A stretch of DNA of 64,000 nucleotides, taken from NCBI GenBank assembly GCA_009914755.4, contig CP068257.2, positions 33,696,001 through 33,760,000 on the forward strand. Reading direction: 5' to 3'. This DNA comes from the human T2T-CHM13v2.0 reference genome, Homo sapiens. Each line of letters opens with the position of its first letter. The first letter of the stretch is position 1. Positions 25,822 to 38,400 of the stretch are shown here, in pieces. The notes under the pieces are model-generated. The model ran no database searches and was not told the origin of the DNA. It worked only from the letters and a program-made list of their open reading frames with translations. A program made the translations under genes and the position numbers.

Positions 25822-26400
25822 AGCTGCATCCATGTTGCTACAAAGGGCATTTTCTTTTTCATGGCTGCGTAGTATTCCGTGGTGTGTGTATCTATATAGA
25901 CATATATATCATTATTATATAAAGACATAGGTATCACGAATATACACATATATGTGATATGTGTGTGTGTGTGTGTGTGTGTATGTAACAATTTCTTTAT
26001 CCAATCTGCCATTGATGAGCATCTGTGTTGATTTTATGTCTGTGCTATTGTGAATAGTATTGTGATAAACATATGAGTGGAGGTGTCTTTTTGGTAGGAA
26101 GCCATTATCCTAAGTGAATCAACACAGAAACAGGAACCCAAATGTCAACTAAATACCACATGTTCTCATAAGTGGGAGCTGCACATTGAGAACAATAAAC
26201 ACTGGAGATTCCAAAAGGTAGGCGGAAGGGTGGGGGAAGTGTTGAAAACTACCTATTGGACACTGTTTGCTACCTGAGTGATAGGATCATTAGAAACCCA
26301 AACTTCAGCATTATGCAGTATACTCATGTAGCAAACCTGAGCAAGCACTCACAGAATCTAACATTAAAAATCAAATAAAATACATTAAAATGAGAAAAAA
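25822..26400 (+). mobile_element. LINE-1 fragment covering the ORF2 C-terminal region and 3' UTR (older L1P-type), with an internal deletion and an embedded (GT)n microsatellite
   Basis: catgttgctacaaagggcattttctttttcatggctgcgtagtattccgtggtgtgt ... caatttctttatccaatctgccattgatgagcatctgtgttgattttatgtctgtgctattgtgaatagtattgtgataaacatatgagtggaggtgtcttttt ... aataccacatgttctcataagtgggagctgcacattgagaacaataaacactggagattccaaaaggtaggcggaagggtggggg ... ends in an A-rich tail. ORFs 25791-26012(-) and 26324-26512(-) are artefacts. Confidence 0.75.
25959..25982. repeat. (GT)n/(CA)n microsatellite, ~12 units
   Basis: gtgtgtgtgtgtgtgtgtgtgtgtatgt is read directly. It produces the THTHTHTH run in ORF 25791-26012(-). 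Confidence 0.95.
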
Positions 26401-26838
26401 ATTTAAAAATTGGTACTGACATGTCCAGAATCTTAGGAGAAAGTAGAAATTTAAAAAATAACACCACAAATATCAGTGTTTTTAAAGTTTCAAACATTTC
26501 TGTATTTAACAAGTATTGGTGCCTTGAAATTGAGTTTAAAGAAGACAGTTCTTGATTTATGCTCTTGTGGGCATTAGGACGGGGAAAAACCCCTTCAGAG
26601 TACCATGACGAGATTTTGAATTATGCAAAGGTAAAGAAAAGGTCCCACTAATGTAGAGATATTTGGAGACTTAGTTCTAATGAACTGAAAGAGAGGTTTG
26701 AGGGGAGATGACTTAGGAGTGAGGAGAGGGGAAGCCTAGAGAAGCAGGTGCAGAGCTTCTACCCGGATCCTGGGCTGGATTCAGCTTCCAATATGCCTTG
26801 TTTGTCCCTGTAGCATTAGGACATATTGAAAGCTTCCT

Positions 26839-27168
26839 CACTTAAGAATATGGATATTTTACATAGAGAAATTGATTTTACACTCCTTTTGCAAACCCTG
26901 AAGGTCTGGCCATGCCAGTTTCTCATTCTCACAAGTCAGCAAGAGCAGGTATGGAGGAGAGAATCAGATGACCTCTCCAGCTTTCTACTTTGTACATGAC
27001 CTTGTGAGTATTTCTGCCTAAGAGTCACTTAAGAATACAGATATTTTACATAGAGAAATTGATTGTACACTCTTTTGCAAACCCTGAAGGTCTGGCCATG
27101 CCAGGCTCTTATTCTCACAAGTTACCAAGACCAGGTATGGAGGAGAGAATCAGGTGACCTCTCCAGCT
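26839..27168. repeat. Tandem duplication of a ~145-bp unit, two copies separated by a 43-bp linker (period ~187 bp, ~90% identity)
   Basis: Copy 1 is cacttaagaatatggatattttacatagagaaattgattttacactccttttgcaaaccctgaaggtctggccatgccagtttctcattctcacaagtcagcaagagcaggtatggaggagagaatcagatgacctctccagct. Copy 2 is cacttaagaatacagatattttacatagagaaattgattgtacactcttttgcaaaccctgaaggtctggccatgccaggctcttattctcacaagttaccaagaccaggtatggaggagagaatcaggtgacctctccagct. The linker ttctactttgtacatgaccttgtgagtatttctgcctaagagt recurs at 28754-28792. Confidence 0.85.
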
Positions 27169-28194
27169 GGCCTCGGTGCCACCTCACTGCCACCTCCCTG
27201 TGGTCACACACAGCCTGCTCCACTCATTCACAGGCCTGGGCTGGTTTGCATTTACCTTGGCCCCATGGACTAGAGAGAAGATGACCAGCTGTCAACATAG
27301 CTGTTGAGGGACAATCTCTGGGCACTGGCAGAACTACGAGTGACCTCTGTGTCCAAACAGAGAATGCCTCTGGGGAGGAGACCATTTGTCCCCTACATAA
27401 TGAGCTCCAGTGTAAAATCCAGCATGGCTCAGGTATGCTGAGCGTTGGAAACTTTGGAAGCTTCTGGAAACAGTAGGCTAGAAATGAGCACTGACAACTC
27501 AAAATGCGTACCTGCAAGGGAAGCTGAGTGAGTTTCTCCAAGTGTTGTCAGGGGGATGCCTGCGGCCACATGGTAGCCAGACAGAGAAAAGAACAGGGAA
27601 GACAGCACACACGGGGACCACAGAAAATACTGTATGTGTTCTGGGGGTCCGAGTGGGAGTTTAAAACTGTCATTCAGGTGGGAGGCTTAAGTTCTTGAAA
27701 TTTAAATATTAGAATAAAGGCAATGCCTGGACATACCAGATGCATATTAAAAGTTTTCTAAACTATACATATTTTTAACCTAGAAATTCTACTTTTAGTA
27801 TTTTTATCCTAAAAAAGTTCATGGATGTGTATAGAGATTGTATTGAAATATATTATTTTAATACAATTATATAAATAATATATCATAAAATTATGCATGA
27901 TATATAATATAAATTATAAAATGATTATTATTGAATAACAATTATATAAGTATAATGTTAATTGTAACTTATAATGACAAAGAACTGGCAACTCTTAGGA
28001 TCTGCAACTGAAGAACATTGTTTCAATAAATTGTAACATCCATACAACAAATTTCAAGTAGCCACTAAAATACTACCAGGAAGTTATTTAAGGTTATTTC
28101 AAAGCATGTTACAAAAATAATATGCATGGTATAATGCCATTTTTATTTAATATATAAACACACATAGGGAAATATTTAAGTTTATACATTATAT

Positions 28195-28630
28195 TAGTTT
28201 CCTGGGGCTCCTGGAACCATTTTCTGCAAATATTGTGGCTTAAAACAACAGAGTTAATTTTCTGACAGTTATGAGGACAGGAGTTTAGCAGTTTCACTGG
28301 GCCAAAATCAAAGTATGGGCAGGGCTGCACTCTCTCTGAAGGCTCTAGGAGATAACCCTTCCTTGCCTCTTCCAGCTTCTGTGGTTCTGGCGTCCTTGGC
28401 TTGTAGCTGCATCACTCCAATCTCTGCCTCTGTCTCTTCGTGTGTCTGATCTCCCTTAGTCTCTCTCTTATAAGGACCCTTGTGCTTGGATTTAATACCC
28501 ACCAGGAAAATCCCTCATGTCAAAATCATTAACTTCATCACATCTGTAAGTCGCTTTTACATTGTAAGGTCACATTTATAGGTTTCAAGGACTCAGACCT
28601 GTTATTTTTGGAGCATCGTTATTTCATCTG
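28195..28630 (+). mobile_element. Ancient LTR-like interspersed repeat (family name uncertain). It is related to the element at 31245-31770.
   Basis: ...ttcctggggctcctggaaccattttctgcaaatattgtggcttaaaacaacagagttaattttctgacagttatgaggacaggagtttagcagtttcactgggccaaaatcaaagtatgggcagggctgcactctctctgaaggctctaggagataacccttccttgcctcttccagcttctgtggt... This matches a common mammalian repeat consensus (...ttaccacaaacttagtggcttaaaacaacacaaatttattatctcacagttctggaggtcagaagtc...ggctctaggggagaatc...cttgccttttccagcttctagagg...). Confidence 0.45.
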
Positions 28631-31244
28631 CTGTTTTCCTAATCATTAAAAGATATGTTTTTCTTATGTCTTTCTGTTCTTTCTTAGAGTAAGTATTGGG
28701 TAACTTTAGTAAGGGGGATTTATTTTAAGTAGATTATACCAGACAAAGTATGAATTTCTACTTTGTACACGACCTCGTATTTCTGCCTAAGAGCCAAAAA
28801 AGAAATAAACAAAAGTACCAACATGAAAACTGTATTTTCCCTTTAGAGTATTAAAAACCTTGTTCAATATTCAAGACTTTAAACTATGTTTAAAAAATAG
28901 AGGCATACGATATGATTGATTTTTATCAAATACTAGGTTGGATATTATAGAACAAATATATAATTTAGAAAAATCCAAGAAAAAAACAGAGATGAAGATG
29001 CCCTAACAGATGACTCTACCTGCCAAAAAAAGGAGGAGAGATGTGTATAATGTGCAAGAAAAAAAGTATCTATTTGATAGGTAAGTGTGCTTTCAAATTC
29101 TGAAAGGTCTTTAATATTAGGAAAAAGATTTTTACCAAAAATGGAATTTTCCACTAAAAAACAGGAACTAAAATAAGTATCCATTTCAATTCTGAAAAGT
29201 GAATGATGAAGAAGGCAAGTCAGAAATTCATTTTAGATGACGAATATGTTACATTTCCAAAAAGAAGGTAAGACACTAGAACAGAGGAAGGTAAAAGAGG
29301 AAGTCCCCACTTGTTTCCTTATTACGTGTTAGTTTCTGAGTTAGATGTAAGGGGAGATATATGTTTTGGACAGGTTTCTTGTCCTCAAAAATGTGTAGTT
29401 CAGTAAGAAAGATATGATTAAGCCGTGTTGAGGTGAAGCGCTATGCAATCAGTGACAAGAGAGGCACAAACCAGTTCCTCCAGAACTGGGGGTGGCCAAG
29501 CTTCCCCTTGAAATGCAGGGTTTGCAGGATAGATGAAGCTGAGTGAAGAAGACAGGTGAGTAGTCCATTTCTGAAAAAACTGGAAGGAATTGAGATGGAA
29601 AAGTAATAATGTAATACCTAACATTTATCCAGTCATATGCCAGATATGGGGCTAAGATTTTTTTTTTTAATCCATTATCAGGGAGAAAAAACGTTTCCTC
29701 TATTCTCTTAAGTTTGGTAACTGAGAGCCTGTGAATTAAACTAACAAAAGATAGATTAACAGGGGGAAGGGTACACAATTTTTCTTGATATTTACATGCA
29801 CAAGAGTTCCCAGAAAAAGAGTGAAACTCAAAGAAGCAGACTCAGGGGCTTATACAGCCGTTCAACAAAGGGAAAAGAGTTTGGGTCTCAAGGTATGATA
29901 AATAGTGGGGAAGTGACTAGGAAATCCAGTGACTCAGGGAAGATAAGGGTTATTTTAGTAAGGTCGCTTGTGCAAACACATGTTGGCATCAACTCCCTTT
30001 CTTCAATGAAAAGAGTCACTCTTCCCTCCTTGTGTAGGAGGTGAGGTCCTCCTCAAAGAGAAACTAAAACTGTATGCCTTGTCTTTAGGCTGTTAATGGT
30101 GGGTTGAGGAACTCTTCCTGCACCTGCTGATTCTCAACTGCCTTTAGCCCCAAATAATCTTTATGCCAAAGTGGCATAGTTTAGAGTGGCATCTTCTGAT
30201 CCCCATCACAATAAATAGGTGTAATACTGATACGACTATGAGACAGGCATAATTGTTGCGTCTTTTCTTAGGTGGGGAAACTGAGGATCTTATGTCCTAG
30301 CCAGCATGCCTGACAAAGAGGTAGGTGCTCATGTTGTCAGAAAAGGAGGGCAAGTGGTGTTGGTGTCGCTCAGGCAATTTCAATATGACAAACTGGAAAA
30401 CTTCTAAATGCACCGTCCTCACTTGTTTCAAGTTTCAGAGGAACCAGGTGGATCCCCCATTCTTTAACTGGTTCCTTTTTCCTTTCAAGTTCAAAAACAC
30501 TCAAGGAATACTTTAATAAATCAATAAAGTGAACACAGCAAGTGAGGAATGGCAAGAAACAAGAGAAAATGTTCAAGAGGACCGTAACGATGAGAGGAAA
30601 TTAAAGTAAGTTTACTCAGATGCTTTCATGTAACCGCACTTATTAAAAAAGAAGAAAAAAAGTCTTATAAAGTTGTATAAAAATAGAGTAGCAGAATAAT
30701 AATAGCCCTAACTATAATTTCTGATACTATGTAGACTGGGGAAAAACATAACCCAATAGCCTAAGGAGAAAAGAAAGAAAATATGTTTGCTCAAAGAAAA
30801 CAAACACAGACATATAAACCTACACCCCTGATGGCTGAACTTCATAGAACTAAGAAGTCAATAGGAAGAAAGTGCAGACAAGCAGGAAGCTCATTAGATT
30901 AGAAATCAAGTTCATGTTCTAGCACTGATGGCCAGCTGACCAGGGCAATTCACAAGCAGTTCAAGTTCAGGGACCAAAGCGCCCCTGAGTGCCTCCATTG
31001 GATTCTGCACAGCCAAAAAGACGCTTGAAAACATCAAGCCCTGTCACCAGTACCTTCTATAAGCCTTGAGAGAGGTGTGATGATATAATAGGGAATCAGA
31101 GAAGCCTAAACCTGTACCTGCTTTGGGAAACCCATGTAATGCCTTCGCCTGATTCATTATTATTTGAGAACCTACAAGGCCCCTGTGTTCACAACTCTAG
31201 GAAGATGCAAGACTCTAGGTATCATGGCTCTTGCCTTTAGAAGC

Positions 31245-31770
31245 ATTTTGCTAGTTTTCTATTGCTCTGTAGCACGCTTCCACACACTCAGCAGCTTTAA
31301 ACAATCCCTTTATCTGTTCACAGCTCTGTAGATTAGAAGTCTGTGACTGGGTTCTCCATAGTGTCTCAGGAGGCTGACATTAAGGTGTTAGCCAACTGGG
31401 TTTTCCTCTGGAGACTGGGGGAAAATCTGTTTTCACACTTATTCAGGGTGTTGTCAGAATTCATTTCTTTGAGGCTGTAGGACGGACATTCCCACTGCCT
31501 TTCTTGTTGTCCGCTGTGGGCCACCCTCAGCCTGTAGAGGCCACCCACATTCCTTACTACACAGCCCCCTCCATTTCTAAAACAAGCAATCAAGAAGTCT
31601 CCCTCATGTTGAATGTCTGTCACGCTGTGAATCTCTCTCATGAGAAAGATCCCAGCAGCTGATCTGAGACCTGAATTACATCTACAGAATCCCTTGACAG
31701 GAGCGGCTAGATATGTGCTGGGCCACACACCAGCAGGCAGAAATCGTGGGAGCCGTATTGAAATTCTGCT
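31245..31770 (+). mobile_element. Ancient LTR-like interspersed repeat, second copy of the same family as 28195-28630 (name uncertain)
   Basis: ctagttttctattgctctgtagcacgcttccacacactcagcagctttaaacaatccctttatctgttcacagctctgtagattagaagtctgtgactgggttctccatagtgtctcaggaggctgacattaaggtgttagccaactgggttttcctctggagactgggggaaaatctgttttcacacttattcagggtg... has the same architecture as the consensus quoted for 28195-28630. Confidence 0.45.
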
Positions 31771-32784
31771 TGCCATAAGCATCGGAAAACTATTTACTAA
31801 GTGTTGAATAAATGAGAAAAGAAATGAAAACTTCTGGCCCCTCACTGGAATTATCTCCTCAAGTGAGAGGCAGCATAGCTTTGCTGTAATCCTGTCCATC
31901 ACCTGCAAAGAGCCCGTCCTCATGTTAATCACCTGTTCGTTGCTCACGGCAACTCTGTAAGGCAAGTCCAAGGGCAAGGCTTATGATTCCTGCTCTCCAG
32001 AACTCTGATCCCTTAACTTCTTGCCCAGTGCTCTTTTCACGACAAGAAATTACAGTTTCTTTAAGGTTACCTTGGACAAACTCTTTGGTGACATTGTAAC
32101 AACATGAAGAAGAGACACAGGAGAGCATGGAACCCCGCAGAAGACCCATGAACCAGGGCCGCTTGGGGCTGTGGGCACTGGCTCCTCTGCTGTAACTGAG
32201 TCCTTGCCAAGAACCCACTTCTGTGATCTGGCAAGGGGCGGGAGACCTCAGCAGAAGATTTAAAACCAGATGAATCATATCACTGGTAGTCACACAGTGG
32301 GCAGTTGTCACTGGTGAAATGACTCCGTAGGTGGCCGCAGCCCAATTATCTGCTAGGTATGGAGGTTGCATCCCAAATCCTGTATGGAGCGGCAGTCCTA
32401 AAATGAGTGGCTGGTCCTTTGCCATTTTCCCGTCGCTTGAAGCTGATTGAGGCATCAGTGAACGAGGAGGAGGGTGGGAAAGCAGAGCCTTCCAGGGTCC
32501 AAGTCTGAGCATTGATGGGGGAGGCTGGGCTGGGTGACAGAATCTTGATGGCAGACCTCAGTATCACAAAGGGTAAGGTGCTTGGAGGTGAAATGGCCTG
32601 AAGTGGGAAAAGAGGCAGATGCTGAGAGGAGGAGAGTCCATGCAAAACTGACAGGGGCTCTTCTGATGGGTCTCACTGCTCCAGGAATCCTGGTCTTCAT
32701 GCTTTCTAGGCATCCTGTTGAGTCCTGAAAGAGGAGCCCAGACCAACCAGGAGCTCATTCACCCTGGTTTGAGTCTGGGTACCT

Positions 32785-32885
32785 CTATCTCTTAACCAGC
32801 TGGGCACTCTTGGCTTAGCTACTTAACATCTAGTGCCTTGTTTTCCTCATCAGTTGAATGCTGGAAGTTGAGCTCTCTGATTTAT
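32785..32885 (+). mobile_element. Possible MIR fragment
   Basis: ctgggcactcttggcttagctacttaacatctagtgccttgttttcctcatcagttgaatg resembles the MIR segment ...cttgggcaagttacttaacctctctgtgcctcagtttcctcatctgtaaaatgg. Confidence 0.4.
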
Positions 32886-35397
32886 GGAGCCCCTTCTGGC
32901 TATACATTCTTATCTCATGAGGACATTTTGTGATCTGGACTATATTAAAGAGCCACTCTCTAGGATTAATAACAGTACACAGCAGCCTTTTCATATTCTT
33001 TTCTTTTTCTATAGTTACTGCCCAATCAGCACTATAAAATATTCAAATCTTAAAAAATAATTCATTGAATATGTCTTCTTTTAGCACCAGCTGTAACAAA
33101 ACTACATACATCAGTAGTTAGCTGCTTGCATGTGAAGCAACAGCTACATGCACATGGGAATAAGCTACAAAATGTTATTTTAATAAGATGCTGTCCACCC
33201 AAACAAACTGAATTTGAAATGTGGCACCAAACTTGCTATCTGGCTCATTCAAAAATATTTCATGGTCAACCATGTAAATGATAACCTTCAAAAAACATTT
33301 ATGAAGTAATCAACATGGGAAGACAGAAAGTCAGGCTAGAACTTTATTACCTGTGTTTTGTTGGAGGTATCTAACTGTTCATAGTTCACTGTGAATTCTT
33401 TGGATTAGATAGTTCTTTGGAAGAGGAAGATAGTCCTCTCCCAAACAGATAGTCCTTTGGAAGAGGAATCTTTGGAAGGTGATTTGTCACATTATTTGAA
33501 AAGAGCATTGTGGCTGATTCAGAGCCGCCACTTCCTTAGGTGTCAGCTGAATGAATGACATTTTTCAGCTTAATCAGGCTAAAACTCTTGGAGTCATCTT
33601 TGACTCTTTTCTTCAACTTCCTGCATTCTTCTTGGCGCTGTCTTCAAAAGATAACCACAATCCAACCACCTCTCACCACCTCCTGCTCCAGCCATGGTCT
33701 GAGCCAACAAGGTCTCTCCCTGATGAGCATGAGCCCCCAAAAAGTTCTCCCTGCCTCTAATTTGGCTCCTCACGGTCTATTCCCAACACATCAGCTACAG
33801 TGTTGATCACTTATGTCGGTTCATGTCACTCTTCTGCCCAGATCCTTTGGTGGTTCTTTTTACACAGAATAGCAGTCAAAGTTTATAGAGAGTCCCTCAT
33901 TTCCTCTACAACCTTCTCTGTCCTCTCTCCCACTGGACACCAGTTGAGCCTGTGCAGTCCAGCCAAGCTCCTGGGTGCTGGGGTGTCCCCTCATCTTGGA
34001 ATGCTCTTCTCTGATGCTCTCTTGGCCAACTACTTCACCCCTTCAAGTGTTTGCTCCAATTTCATCTTTATTAAATTTGCATAGATTTAGGGGGTACAGT
34101 GAAGGTTAGTTCATGGATATATTGCTTAGTGGAGAAGTCTGGGCTTTCTGTGTAGCCATCCCCTAAAGAGTGTACAATAAATGTCCATTGTACCCATTGA
34201 GTAACTTATCATCCCTCACCCCCCTCTCAGCCCCTCACCTTTCTGAGTCCCCAATGTCTATTATTCCACTCTCTTTGTCATCTCTGTAAGGCTTCACCTG
34301 ATCTTTCTGTGTAATACTGCAACTTGTCCCTCACCCCCCAGAAACCCAAACCCTCCTTATCCTGATCTTCTCTTGTTCATAGCATTTAGCAACTTCAGTA
34401 TGATGCATTCAGTGATAATGAATGTTTAATTTCTATCTCCTGCTAGAATGCAAGCTCTATGAGGGAAGGGATCTATGTTTTGTTTTCTGATGCATCCTAA
34501 ACACCTAGAAGAATGCCAGATAAATGAAAGCATCCAAATGAAATTTCATCTCACACTCATGTCGGTTGAAAAAGTCAAATTGAACAATAAATCTTGATTG
34601 ACTACGATAAACTAAAATGTGTTCATTTAGGCTTTTTTCTATGATTCATCTTCTAAATTGCCTGGCAATGATCGAGGAATGCCCTCAGTCAAGAAAATGG
34701 GATTTTAGCTAATCTCTGAAATACATTTGTACCGATTGCATCAAAAATGCACATATGCTACCTCTCACATTTTAAAAATATAGTAGCCTCCCGATCACCA
34801 GATAAGCACTTTATAGACCACAATGATCCCTTACCTCTTCCCTAAAATTTAGATGTAAAAATATTTTGGATACAACCCATATACTACTACAATTTAAGGC
34901 TACCTCACTGATTCGTCCCAATTCTAGAAGAAACAGACGACCCATTCAAACTAAGATGATCTAAGGATGAAATGGGATGGGCCAAGTATATTTCTCAAAG
35001 GAGAAACACAGCTTGCTTCGAGTGACTCCACAGAATGGGAGCTGAAGAAATGAAGCCTGACTTCACTTTCCACCCCCTCTCCATTTCCTGCTGGGCCCAA
35101 CTGAGGACTAGATAACAGGAAGGCCCTTTGAGGCAGTCCTCAGAGATTATCCCCCTAGGGCAGAGAGCAGCATGGAGAAGGATGGAGAAGCAGGCTGCAG
35201 GGGCAAGGGAAGATAAGCACCCAAAAAAAGCTCTGATCTATAGTAAGGGACTATGTGTATCAACCCTACAGGTGGATTTCAGAATTTTAAATACATTTTC
35301 CATTGCAACACAGTGGACATATACTTAAGTGTTTTTAATAATCCACTTCTAAAAACCGCCACTTGCCACTTGCAAAAAGCAAACGAATAAAAATTCC

Positions 35398-35454
35398 CAT
35401 TCTATTCTATTCTATTCTATTCTATTCTATTCTATTCTATTCTATTCTATTCTT
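35398..35454. repeat. (TATTC)n / (ATTCT)n pentanucleotide microsatellite, ~11 units
   Basis: attctattctattctattctattctattctattctattctattctattcttt is read directly. Confidence 0.95.
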
Positions 35455-38400
35455 TATCTTTCTATGCTGGTTGCAACCCATTAAACTGATTTCACAACCC
35501 ACAGTTTAAACATCTCTGGCTAAGGCCAATCCCTCCATTTAAAAGATAAGATCACTTAGATCTTACAGGGTTAACTGGCTTGTCCAAATTTAAAGTATAT
35601 GTAATCATTGGAATGACGTGGGTGTGTACACTCATTGTAAAGAAAAAACTTATTTCATCTATCCAAATGTTCTCTTCCAAACCACATGCATATCAGCATG
35701 TTTTGAAAGGATTTTAGTATTGTAGGTGTCAAGAAAGCCTCTATTTAACCATCAGTAAAATAAATAGTCCTCACCATACTGTGAAAGGGGGACAACTTCA
35801 GTACAGTGGAGAGCTGAGGTCATGCCCTCCCATACAGGAAGAGCTCTTTGGAATCGAGGGCTCACTTATTCAGGAAGGATGACCTCCTGTGTGTATGTCT
35901 TTCACCCCCAGGTAACACAGGTATTTATGATGCCTCATGAAGCATACTTGCTGGACACTAGGATGGTGGCTAATGACAGTTTCTCTGTGCAACAAGGTAG
36001 AGAACTATGAGACAGCCAAGGTCCCAGCCTGGCATATACATTGCACAGTCGCACAGGAAGGCACTCTGCTCTGAAATATTTCATCCTGGAGAAGTTGGCT
36101 TTGATGACTTTCAAAAGTAGCAGAACTCACTGGTTCTCTCTTTGGCAGGAGTTTGTGCATTTCACTCATTTCAAGTCAGGACTAATAGTTCTAATGATTT
36201 TGAAGGGAACCTAAATGATTCCTTTATGCCTGGCTGGGATTGGCCAGGGTTCCACTTACAACCCACAACATGCTCACACATTCCATAGAAAAATAAATAC
36301 TGCTGTAACCACGTTGGTGCCACGCCAGTGCAAATGGCCATTTTCTTAAGTACTCATTTTAAAAGCAACTTTGTTATTTCAGCATGTGCTTTGAAAGCTG
36401 GCTTTTCTATCTCTGGTGTGATGTTTTCATTGTAGGGACAAAAGTAAAACATTAACTCTTTCAACAGTTTGAGGGAGGGTGGATATTTAATACAAAAACC
36501 AAAAAAAAAAAAAACGTAATGGGGGAAAATGCATCACTCCTGCTTTCTTGGATCTCTGCTGGAGTTTCCACTTGTGTGTGACTCCTTCACCTTCCACCAA
36601 CCACCCCTTTGGTTAGACTGGGTTGTGGTTCCTTCAAACGTCTTGCCGAAACTTCTGGACAGCTATCAACTGAAGAACTCTGTCCTGGTCAGAAGCTTCA
36701 ACATCCTCCGCCCGTGATGCTTTTCTGGGTCCAACGACCCTGCAATAATTTTCTTCCTGTGTACCAGAGTTTACGAAGTCCTCCTGCATGTGAGGCCCTG
36801 GGCGCAGGTGTGGGCATGTGCAGGTGTGTTCATGTCAACTGCAGAGATCCTGAGGGCAAGACGAAGAAAACACAGCCAGTCCTTTCAGGAATTTATAATT
36901 CAGATGCTGAGGTGGAACAGAACAGATGAAAAGCAAAAGCACAATGGAGGGCAGTTATGATTAAATGGATTTCAGAGGGTCATGATGGTGCCAGGCTATC
37001 TTGGGTCTCCTCACACTCAACATCAGGCCCCTCCACCTCCTGCTGACTTTCATGCATCAATGTTAGGCTAACATGAGAGATGCTTACAAATTTGCTTCAT
37101 GATCACTGTAGAAATGAGCATGGTTGTTAGCAACAGCTGCTGTGGGTGTGCAGGTCATGGCGTCTCTCAGAGCTGGGAATGCCCAATGAATGCACTCCCC
37201 TCTTTCACCTGACCACGGATGGTCACCTGATGGTATTTGGAAAGTAATGAGAGATCTTTCCACCACGACGTTTTGTGAGAAATGGTGTATTTACTTTTTC
37301 AAATGTTATTGTTTAATCTTCGAACAGCTTTAGATTTACAGGGAAGTTGAAAAGACGGTATAAAGAGTTCCTATAGGTTCCATATTCAGTTTCCCTAGTG
37401 TTAACATCTTACATTGCTATGTACATGTGTTACAGCTAATGAACCAATATTAATACACTATCGTAAGTGGAAGTCCATACTTCACATTTCCCTGGAGTTA
37501 CCTCTTGTCCTTTTTCTGGCATCCCCTCAGGACACCACTTCACATTCAGTCATCACATCTCCTTAAGCTCCTCTTGGCCGTGATGCCATGACAGTTTCCT
37601 AGACCCTGTACTAAGTTTCCTAGACTGAGTACTGGTCAGATATTTTGTAAAATGCCTGTCAATTTAGATTTGTCCAATCTTTATTCTTGTAGCTAGACTA
37701 GATGATGTATTCACATTTGGGAATGTAAGCATAAATGTTTCCTACATAGGCCAAACATGTTGTTTTGAAAGCTATGTATGCTCTATGAAGTTTGGGCACT
37801 GAAAACCAATAGATGCTCCACAGGGAACACGTTGATTACATGGGACATGTTCATGCAAAGAGTGACTCACAGTAAATTACACTGCATGTGGTTTCTCAGA
37901 CTCAGATGGAAAGCAGACTTCAGTTACCCTAGGTACATCTCAAAGTTTCCCTGTTTCAGTACACCAAATAAATAAGCATAGTGTTAGCTGTATATATTGT
38001 TCAGTTATAGGTTAGTTATCTGCTGTAATTAACAACCTAAAACATTCAGTGACTTAATAAAATGAAAATGTATTTCTCTCTCATACCATAAACACAGGAT
38101 TTCTAGGTGGGGGTATTCTCTTTACAGTGGTGTCATGGCATTCCAGCTTTTTCTAAACCTATTATCTCCCAAAGCTTTCTGGTGCTCATTTGTATTAGTT
38201 AGGGGACAAGAGAATAAAGCAGGCATGAAGAGCTCAGTTGGAGATTTTTCAGGTCAGATCTAGAAGTGGCATGAATTACTTCTGCCCATGTTTCATTGGC
38301 CAGTACTCAGTCACCTGACCCACCCTGTTGCAAGAGAGACTGGGAAATGTGGTCTAGCTATTGTAGGAGAAGGAGAAAGAAAGAGACTTTGTGAACACAT

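Noticed and set aside
36498-36512. A14 run as the tail of a retroposed element or processed pseudogene
   Set aside because: The upstream sequence (…gagggagggtggatatttaatacaaaaacc) does not resemble a SINE, LINE 3' end or an mRNA 3' UTR that I can recognise. No polyadenylation signal or TSD is evident. It is most likely a simple poly-A microsatellite.
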